Origin: Yoonia sp.
GTDB lineage: Bacteria > Pseudomonadota > Alphaproteobacteria > Rhodobacterales > Rhodobacteraceae
NCBI GenBank assembly: GCA_023955335.1
Contig: JAGSGF010000002.1
Coordinates: forward strand, 12,410 to 76,409
Direction of reading: 5' to 3'
Length of the DNA: 64,000 nt
The translations under genes and the position numbers were made by a program. The notes below the pieces were generated by a model. The model made no database searches. It worked only from the letters and a program-made list of their open reading frames with translations, and was not told where the DNA came from. Position 1 is the first letter of the stretch. The number at the start of each line of letters is the position of its first letter. Positions 57,408 through 64,000 of the stretch are shown in pieces.

Positions 57408-58409
57408 ATGGCGCGAAAACAGGCAGTGCAGCAGCCGTTTAACATTATGATCGTCGGTCAAGCAGGCCGGCTGCAGTACGAGGCTGTGCTGTTTCTGGCC
57501 AGCTTGCGCGAAAACAGCCCTAACTTTCAGGGCCGCGTCATCGTCACAGAACCCCAACCCGGCCCCAATTGGGAAAAAGACCCGCGGATGTCCGACGAAA
57601 TTCGCGATGTTCTCATAGGGTTAGGCGCCGAAATCGCACCGTTCCAATCCGTCCACTTTGGCCAGTCATACCCATATGGCAACAAAATCGAAGGCCTCGC
57701 TGCGATGCCCACAGGCGAGCCGTTTGTATTTTTTGACACCGACACGCTGATTCTTGGCGATGTCGAAAGCATCCCTTTTGATTTTACCAAGCCCGCCGCA
57801 TCCATGAAGCGCGAAGGCACGTGGCCCGAGGAAGAACTCTATTGGCCCGGCTACACCGCGATTTGGAAATCACTTTACGACAAGTTTGATCTCGAATTCG
57901 AAAGCACGCTCGATCTGTCGCAACCCGACGAATACTGGCAGCGCTATATGTATTTTAACGCCGGATGGTTTTTCGGTGCGGACCCTGCCGCTTTTGGTGC
58001 GCGTTTCCTTGAATATGCGCTGGCTGTTCGCGACGACCGCCCGGATGCGTTGGTGCTTCAATCGCTTGACCCGTGGCTTGATCAGGTTGTTCTGCCATTG
58101 GTCATTCACAGCTTTGGCGGCGGCCGCCCTGCCCCCGAACTGGACGGATTAGACGGGGCTGTGACCTGTCATTACCGCTTGCTCCCGCTGTTTTATGCCC
58201 GCGAGACGGATCAAGCTGTCGCCATGATGGAAACCGTCGCCGCCCCCAACAAAATTAAGAAATGGCTCAAGCAATATGATGCGTATAAGCGCATGATTTA
58301 TCAGGGGCGTGGCCAGAAAGTCCGCGCAATGTTTGACCGCGCGGATATGCCACCACGTGAAAGGCAGATCCGCAACCGGATCAAATCTGCTGGGTTCTGG
58401 GTCCGTTAG
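57408..58409 (+). CDS. hypothetical protein, glycosyltransferase family 8-like fold suspected
   Basis: 333 aa. GGAG lies 8 nt upstream of the ATG. FNIMIVGQAG N-terminus, D-x-D (FVFFDTDTLILGD) and YFNAGWFFG resemble GT8 motifs. Confidence 0.55.
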   Translation: MARKQAVQQPFNIMIVGQAGRLQYEAVLFLASLRENSPNFQGRVIVTEPQPGPNWEKDPRMSDEIRDVLIGLGAEIAPFQSVHFGQSYPYGNKIEGLAAMPTGEPFVFFDTDTLILGDVESIPFDFTKPAASMKREGTWPEEELYWPGYTAIWKSLYDKFDLEFESTLDLSQPDEYWQRYMYFNAGWFFGADPAAFGARFLEYALAVRDDRPDALVLQSLDPWLDQVVLPLVIHSFGGGRPAPELDGLDGAVTCHYRLLPLFYARETDQAVAMMETVAAPNKIKKWLKQYDAYKRMIYQGRGQKVRAMFDRADMPPRERQIRNRIKSAGFWVR

Positions 58410-58819
58410 CGCGCAAATATTCCCGCGGTTTCGGCAAACCCTTTGATCTCAATCGGGTTACCTGACGGATCACGAAAGAACATGGTCCATTGCTCGCCTG
58501 CCTCGCCCTTAAACCGGACCGATGGCGCGACGATGAAATCTGTTTGCCGGTCTTCCAGACGTCCAGCGAGCACATTCCACGCATCCAGCGGCAAAACCAC
58601 ACCGAAATGGGGCATCGGCACCAAATGATCACCGACCATCCCTGTGGTTGCATTTGCAAACGGCTCGCCCAGATGAAGGCTCAGTTGATGCCCGAAAAAG
58701 TCAAAATCAACCCATGTGTCAGTTGATCGCCCTTCAACCGCCCCCAGTGCACCGGAATAAAATTCCCGTGCCTCGTCCAGATTAAGAACATGAAACGCAA
58801 GATGGAACGGAACAGGCAT
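58406..58819 (-). CDS. VOC (glyoxalase/bleomycin resistance/dioxygenase) family protein
   Basis: 137 aa. PFHLAFHVLNLDEAREFY N-terminus typical of VOC-fold proteins. Confidence 0.82.
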   Translation of the reverse strand: MPVPFHLAFHVLNLDEAREFYSGALGAVEGRSTDTWVDFDFFGHQLSLHLGEPFANATTGMVGDHLVPMPHFGVVLPLDAWNVLAGRLEDRQTDFIVAPSVRFKGEAGEQWTMFFRDPSGNPIEIKGFAETAGIFAR

Positions 58820-58907
58820 GGGGTGATCCTTTTTACTTTGCCCAGTTGCAGGGCGGTCAGGTTTACCATTACTGTTTGGGAACGAAATTTCAAACGGAGA
58901 CAGCCCA

Positions 58908-60200
58908 ATGTCTGAAGAAACAACTTACGGCTTTGACACGCTGCAAATACACGCGGGCGCACGCCCTGATCCAGCAACAGGTGCCCGTCAGGTGCCAATC
59001 TACCAAACAACGGCTTATGTATTTCGCGATGCAGATCACGCAGCCGCGTTGTTTAACCTGCAAGAAGTTGGATACATCTATTCCCGCCTGACAAACCCGA
59101 CGGTCGCTGCATTGCAAGAACGCATTGCCACACTCGAGGGCGGCGCAGGTGCTGTGTGCTGTTCATCAGGTCATGCCGCCCAGCTGATGGCCCTGTTCCC
59201 GTTGATGACACCCGGCAAAAACGTCGTTGTCTCAACCCGCCTGTACGGCGGTACCGTCACGCAGTTTAGCCAGACAATAAAACGTTTCGGTTGGTCCGCT
59301 AAGTTCGTTGATTTTGACGATATTGATGCTGTCGCTGCGGCCATTGACGACGACACCCGCGCTGTATTCTGCGAAGCCGTCGCCAACCCCGGTGGTCACA
59401 TCACCGATCTTGATGCGATTTCTGCCGTATCGGACGCCGCGGGTATTCCGCTGATCGTCGATAACACGACTGCAACACCGTACCTGTGCCGCCCGATTGA
59501 ACACGGCGCCACATTGGTTGTGCATTCCACCACCAAATATCTGACCGGCAACGGGACTGTTATGGGGGGTTGCGTCGTCGATTCCGGGAAATTCGACTGG
59601 GCCGCGAATGACAAATTCCCGTCCCTGTCCGAGCCAGAACCAGCCTACCACGGCCTCAAGTTCGCTGAAACATTCGGCCCGCTTGCATTCACGTTCCACA
59701 GCATTGCAATTGGCCTGCGCGACCTCGGCATGACGCTGAACCCGCAGGCTGCACACTATACGCTGATGGGAATCGAAACCTTGTCACTGCGCATGGACCG
59801 GCATGTTGAGAACGCGGTCAAGATCGCGACGTGGCTCGAGAACGATCCACGCATTGAGTATGTGACTTACGCGGGCCTGCCATCGTCGCCGTATCACAAA
59901 CTGGTCCCGAAAATCTGCCCAAAGGGCGCCGGTGCTTTGTTCACCATCGCCGTCAAAGGCGGCTATGATGCCTGCATCAAGCTTGTTGATAACCTTGAAA
60001 TTTTCAGCCACGTCGCCAACCTTGGCGATGCGCGCAGCTTGGTTATCCACTCCGCCAGCACGACACACCGTCAGCTGACCCTTGAGCAGCAAGAGGCCGC
60101 AGGTGCAGGACCGGGCATCGTCCGTCTGTCAATCGGGATTGAGGACGCCAATGACTTGATGGCCGACTTGGATCAGGCTTTGGCCAAGGCGACGACCTAA
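58908..60200 (+). CDS. metY: O-acetylhomoserine aminocarboxypropyltransferase (sulfhydrylase)
   Basis: 430 aa. FDTLQIHAG N-terminus and the PLP-lysine motif HSTTKYLTGNG. Confidence 0.93.
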   Translation: MSEETTYGFDTLQIHAGARPDPATGARQVPIYQTTAYVFRDADHAAALFNLQEVGYIYSRLTNPTVAALQERIATLEGGAGAVCCSSGHAAQLMALFPLMTPGKNVVVSTRLYGGTVTQFSQTIKRFGWSAKFVDFDDIDAVAAAIDDDTRAVFCEAVANPGGHITDLDAISAVSDAAGIPLIVDNTTATPYLCRPIEHGATLVVHSTTKYLTGNGTVMGGCVVDSGKFDWAANDKFPSLSEPEPAYHGLKFAETFGPLAFTFHSIAIGLRDLGMTLNPQAAHYTLMGIETLSLRMDRHVENAVKIATWLENDPRIEYVTYAGLPSSPYHKLVPKICPKGAGALFTIAVKGGYDACIKLVDNLEIFSHVANLGDARSLVIHSASTTHRQLTLEQQEAAGAGPGIVRLSIGIEDANDLMADLDQALAKATT

Positions 60201-60207
60201 CTTATCA

Positions 60208-60236
60208 AAGCGGCCCGCGTCACGCGTGGGCCGCTT
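60208..60236. terminator. bidirectional terminator hairpin between the convergent metY and SIMPL genes
   Basis: 9-bp stem AAGCGGCCC / GGGCCGCTT around GCGTCACGCGT. It overlaps the SIMPL stop codon. Confidence 0.65.
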
Positions 60237-60945
60237 AGTCGGCCAATGCCCAAACCATCGAAATGCTTGCCCCGATTGACAGCTGTCCTGCCGCGATGGG
60301 AACCGATCGGCTTGCACTGTCAAACGATGCTTCTGCCATCATCGGTGATGGAAGTGATGCAGTCCCTCCCTCAGATATCAAAATGATTGCGCCCAGTTCG
60401 ATGCCTGCCGCATCTGCGTAAACTTCGGCCTTTTCGCGCGCATCAGCCACGGCGGCACGGCGTGCTGCAATCCGATGGGGCGCCTTGTCGGCCACGTCAA
60501 AACGCAGACTGTTCATCTGGTTGGCACCGTCACGGACCGCCGCATCCAACACTGCACCCAGATTGTCCAGATCAAAGACCTGCACCTGAATATCACCGTA
60601 AGCGGCGTAGCCTACGGGCTTGCGCGGCCCGCCATCAAAATTCTCGTATCGTTGATCAAGCCGCAGCGATCCGGTTTGCACATGCTTTGGGTCAATTCCA
60701 GCAGCCGCCATCTGTTCCATCACCGCAGCCATGGCGATGCTCATGGCATCCATGGCGTCAGTGGCTGTTTTGGCCTCTTGCACAACGCCAAGAGTGATGC
60801 GTGCCATATCAGGTGCGACCACGATCCGGCCCTCGCCTTGCACCCGCATTTGGGGCTGCACCGCCTCTGCTATTGCCTGCGTTGCCCCAAACATTCCGCC
60901 GCTGCAAAGCGCAAAAGCCAATAGCAATCTATGTGTCATCGTCAT
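60235..60945 (-). CDS. SIMPL (DUF541) domain-containing periplasmic protein
   Basis: 236 aa. Signal peptide, GEGRIVVAPDMARITLGV start and overall SIMPL pattern. Confidence 0.82.
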   Translation of the reverse strand: MTMTHRLLLAFALCSGGMFGATQAIAEAVQPQMRVQGEGRIVVAPDMARITLGVVQEAKTATDAMDAMSIAMAAVMEQMAAAGIDPKHVQTGSLRLDQRYENFDGGPRKPVGYAAYGDIQVQVFDLDNLGAVLDAAVRDGANQMNSLRFDVADKAPHRIAARRAAVADAREKAEVYADAAGIELGAIILISEGGTASLPSPMMAEASFDSASRSVPIAAGQLSIGASISMVWALAD

Positions 60946-61102
60946 AATCCTTTACTGTTTTCATACTCTTATGACATAGCCTGCATCTGTTTGGTTGGGT
61001 GTGCACCTGCAAATACTTGGATTTGGCGAATTCTTGCTATAGACCTTGGCGGAGCCAAGGATCAGATTTCACCCAACCCCATCAACGTGTTAGATAGTGA
61101 AT

Positions 61103-63325
61103 ATGACGACAAATTTCGCCCTCTCCCTTTCTTCCGAAGGCATTCGCCTTTTCCAACGCGTACCGGATGGGTGGCATCTTGTTGGTGAAACGGCGATCGA
61201 CGTCCCCGATTTGAATGCAACGCTTGCCCGATTGCACGCCGAAGCAGTGCGGTTGGACCCATCGGATATGCAAGTTAAGTTGCTGATCCCAAACGAGCAG
61301 ATCAAATATATAACGCTTGATACCGCCCAAACCGGGTTGAGCGACGTCATGGCCGCGCTTGAAAACGCCACGCCATATGCAATTGACGAATTGGTTGTGG
61401 ACTTTGACCGCAATGGCGGGCGGACCTATATCGCGGCAGTTGCGCGTGAAACCCTGCAAGAAGCCGAGGCATTCGCGACTGAACACGGGTTCACGCCGGC
61501 CGTGTTTACGGCGCTTGCAGTCCCCATGACGTTCACGTCAGAGGTTTTCTTTGGGCCCGCCTCCGGTGCCAGTTCAGGTCACGCAATCACCCGCGACGCA
61601 CACCCGTTTGCCCAAACCGGTGTCGCAGTCATTCCCCCCCAGCCTGACGCCGCCGCGTTGTTCACACCGCGTCCGCGCATGGCCGATCCGGCAAGCATCG
61701 TCCCGCCGATACCCGAGGATGTGACAATAGCTGACGCCGCGCAGGACGACATATTATTCACTCCGCGCGCAGCCGTCACGCCTGCGCCCATAGCAACGGT
61801 AAATGTTGGCGACGCACCAAAACTAAGCGTTGAAACCAGCACTGTTTCAGTGCCTGCACCTGACGTCACGGCACCGCCTATTCTAGCAGACGATTTGGCT
61901 GAACAAGGCGGGTTTGCGACACGCCGAAAACCCGCCGCGGAACAACAGCCGCCCGACCCCCAAAGCCGCAAGCAAAAGAAAGCTGCTGCTTTCGCCACAA
62001 AACAGGCCAAACCTGTTCGTGGTAAGCCTCGTTTTCTTGGGCTAATCCTCACCGCGATCTTGGTGCTTTTCATGGCGCTGGTGGCTTTTTGGGCATCGAC
62101 CTTATCGGAAGAAGACGTCGCCAATTGGTTTGGGTTTGGCACTGGTGGTATTTTGGAGACCGCCGAAATTCCTTTACCCGAGATATTACCGACCACACCC
62201 GCAGTTCCGGAAACTGTAGATGTGGCCCCTGCATTGGCCGAAACAGTTGCTGTGCCCCTGCCCCAACTGCGCGAAGACGTGGCTGGCCAAGTGCTCAGCC
62301 CCGCCCAAGCCGCCCGCATCTATGCCGCAACAGGCGTTTGGCAACGCGCACCACGGTTTCCGCTAGAGCCGCGCTGGGATACATTCGCGGCCAGTTTCCC
62401 GCAACTGACCGCAACCTCGCTCTCGCTAGATTTACCCGCAATGCCACTGATCGCAGGTTTGTCACCTGACCTGACGATCGTGACGCCCACCAACCCGCTT
62501 GCCCCCGGTACCGACTTTGACCGCGATGAAAATGGGCTGGTCCGCGCCTCACCAGAAGGGGCGCTCACACCACAAGGGATTCTGGTATTCGCAGGGCCAC
62601 CACCGCGCAAACCGCCATTGCGCCCAACTTACGCAACCTTGCCAGCGCCAGACACCACTATTGCCCCCGAAGCAACGGCAGGTGCTATGGCGCTAGCTGG
62701 TCGGCGCCCTGTGCTCCGCCCCGAAGGCTTGGCACCCGCACAAGACACGGTAATCGCCGTGGCGGCTGACACAGTGCGCGCGTCAAAAAGACCCAAGACC
62801 CGTCCCGCAGGGCTTGCAACCGTTGCCGTTGCGCCAGCCCCCACAGCGCCTGACATTACCAAAGTTATGGCAGCCATCGCGGAAGCGGTCCCAGAAAGCC
62901 CGTTTGTCACAGCGACCGCACGCGCTGTCGCGGCATCAAGGAGACCAGACACACGGCCAAGAAACTTTGCCCGCGTTGTCGCCCGTGCGCGCGATATTGA
63001 GGCACAACAAATAGCCCGTGCCGCAGCCGCACAACCAGCCGCTGCTGTATCGAACGCCCCCGCGCGCCCGTCAGGTACAACAGCGGGCAGCGTCGCGCAG
63101 GCCGCCACATTGAACAATGCGATCCGCTTACGGGATGTAAATCTGATCGGCGTGTACGGCCGCCCGAACAACCGCCGTGCCTTGGTCCGCTTGGCCAATG
63201 GTCGCTACGTCAAGGTCGAGATCGGCAGCAGCTTAGACGGCGGCCGTGTTACAGCCATCGGCGACAGTGCGCTTAACTACGTCAAACGCGGCAAAACCAT
63301 CGCCCTCCAGCTACCTTCCGGTTGA
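61103..63325 (+). CDS. large modular membrane protein: PilM/GspL-like N-domain, one TM segment, Pro/Ala-rich spacer, PilP/GspC-like C-terminal beta domain (hypothetical)
   Basis: About 740 aa from the ATG at 61103 (the track uses a GTG at 61097). TM segment FLGLILTAILVLFMALVAFWAS. Three (R/K)RPxxRP motifs. C-terminus LIGVYGRPNNRRALVRLANGRYVKVEIGSSLDGGRVTAIGDSAL. Confidence 0.7.
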   Translation: MTTNFALSLSSEGIRLFQRVPDGWHLVGETAIDVPDLNATLARLHAEAVRLDPSDMQVKLLIPNEQIKYITLDTAQTGLSDVMAALENATPYAIDELVVDFDRNGGRTYIAAVARETLQEAEAFATEHGFTPAVFTALAVPMTFTSEVFFGPASGASSGHAITRDAHPFAQTGVAVIPPQPDAAALFTPRPRMADPASIVPPIPEDVTIADAAQDDILFTPRAAVTPAPIATVNVGDAPKLSVETSTVSVPAPDVTAPPILADDLAEQGGFATRRKPAAEQQPPDPQSRKQKKAAAFATKQAKPVRGKPRFLGLILTAILVLFMALVAFWASTLSEEDVANWFGFGTGGILETAEIPLPEILPTTPAVPETVDVAPALAETVAVPLPQLREDVAGQVLSPAQAARIYAATGVWQRAPRFPLEPRWDTFAASFPQLTATSLSLDLPAMPLIAGLSPDLTIVTPTNPLAPGTDFDRDENGLVRASPEGALTPQGILVFAGPPPRKPPLRPTYATLPAPDTTIAPEATAGAMALAGRRPVLRPEGLAPAQDTVIAVAADTVRASKRPKTRPAGLATVAVAPAPTAPDITKVMAAIAEAVPESPFVTATARAVAASRRPDTRPRNFARVVARARDIEAQQIARAAAAQPAAAVSNAPARPSGTTAGSVAQAATLNNAIRLRDVNLIGVYGRPNNRRALVRLANGRYVKVEIGSSLDGGRVTAIGDSALNYVKRGKTIALQLPSG

Positions 63326-63368
63326 TTTGACCAGTTGATTTCCGCCCCTCGCCACCGGATAAGGCGAC

Positions 63369-64000
63369 ATGGAAACATTCCTCTTTCAAGCAACAATTTA
63401 TCTGGGTGCGGCTGTGATTGCCGTGCCATTGGCCGCCCGTTTGGGGCTTGGATCTGTTCTGGGATACCTCAGCGCAGGCATCATCATCGGCCCGCTGTTC
63501 GGCCTTGTTGGGTCTGAAGCGAAAGACATTCAGCACTTCGCAGAATTTGGCGTCGTCATGATGCTTTTCCTCATCGGACTGGAATTAGAACCCCGTGCGT
63601 TGTGGGACATGCGCCGCCGCCTGATTGGCTTGGGCGGGTTGCAGATTGTACTGACGACAGCAGGCATCATGGGTGCATCTATGCTGATCGGTCTCGATGT
63701 GCGCACCGCCTTGGCGGTTGGTCTTATTTTTGCATTGTCATCCACCGCGATTGTTTTGCAGACCCTTGATGAAAAAGGGCTGATGCAGACCAGCGGCGGA
63801 CGATCCGTGTTTTCGGTGCTGCTGACCCAAGATATCGCAGTGATCCCGATACTGGCATTGCTGCCGCTGCTTATGATCGCAAATCCGCTAGTCATGTCCC
63901 CCGATGGATCGCTTTACAGGCTGACAGAACCGCATGATACACAGGCCGCATTCAGCCTTGTCGAAGGCTTGCCGGGTTGGGGCGTCACCCTTGTTACTTT
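63369..64000 (+). CDS. monovalent cation:proton antiporter-2 (CPA2) family, KefB/KefC-like, truncated by the window edge
   Basis: Absent from the track (no stop inside the window). ATG at 63369 preceded by an in-frame TAA. METFLFQATIYLGAAVIAVPLAARLGLGSVLGYLSAGIIIGP...EFGVVMMLFLIGLELEP. Confidence 0.85.
   Translation, partial: METFLFQATIYLGAAVIAVPLAARLGLGSVLGYLSAGIIIGPLFGLVGSEAKDIQHFAEFGVVMMLFLIGLELEPRALWDMRRRLIGLGGLQIVLTTAGIMGASMLIGLDVRTALAVGLIFALSSTAIVLQTLDEKGLMQTSGGRSVFSVLLTQDIAVIPILALLPLLMIANPLVMSPDGSLYRLTEPHDTQAAFSLVEGLPGWGVTLVT

Noticed and set aside
56408-57450. Plus-strand ORFs 56408-56659 (83 aa) and 56896-57450 (184 aa) in the scar region.
   Set aside because: I saw no SD sequence or family signature. 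The second is antisense to the DUF5681-like fragments and overlaps the start of the GT8-like gene. Both are treated as non-coding pending homology evidence.

Overview
64-kb window from a moderately GC-rich alphaproteobacterium, probably Rhodobacterales (inferred from gene order and the DUF1127 / CCUCCUCCC-RNA locus; no search was possible). From 1 to 23.5 kb on the minus strand lies a complete dcw division and cell-wall cluster: mraZ-rsmH-ftsL-ftsI-murE-murF-mraY-[decayed TPR-like relic]-murD-[opposite-strand flavoprotein gene]-ftsW-murG-murC-[three tiny membrane ORFs]-murB-ddl-ftsQ-ftsA-ftsZ, then lpxC and a truncated bamD. From 23.5 to 24.2 kb there is an unusually long non-coding region upstream of mraZ. 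It carries two perfect DnaA boxes, 10-bp phased repeats, a GANTC cluster and a terminator-like hairpin just before mraZ. From 24 to 45 kb the genes are housekeeping: GNAT, apbC, a DUF1127 gene followed by an array of seven CCUCCUCCC-loop hairpins (CcsR/cuckoo-type sRNAs), lrp/lysE, uvrD with an in-frame coiled-coil insertion, an FMN-dependent hydroxyacid dehydrogenase, pyc, a phosphoesterase, tRNA-Gly, a his operon (hisBH / hisAFE) split by SLT, pabC-like, pabB and DUF2147 genes, CoA-binding and YHS genes, a zinc-ribbon protein, rlmB and tRNA-Tyr. From 45 to 57.4 kb the content looks accessory. It holds a decayed large serine recombinase next to tRNA-Tyr, an orphan ORF, a Dpp/Opp-type ABC importer, TetR, an IorAB-type molybdenum oxidoreductase with a short two-CxxCH protein and a 4-TM protein, and a frameshifted DUF5681-like relic. 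From 57.4 to 64 kb lie a GT8-like orphan, VOC, metY, SIMPL, a 740-aa modular Pro/Ala-rich membrane protein and a truncated CPA2 (kef-type) antiporter. I found no clear novel multi-gene system. The candidates most worth follow-up are the mraZ upstream control region, the CcsR-type array, the uvrD insertion and the Ior / two-CxxCH module. All functional calls come from motif recognition by eye, not from database searches.
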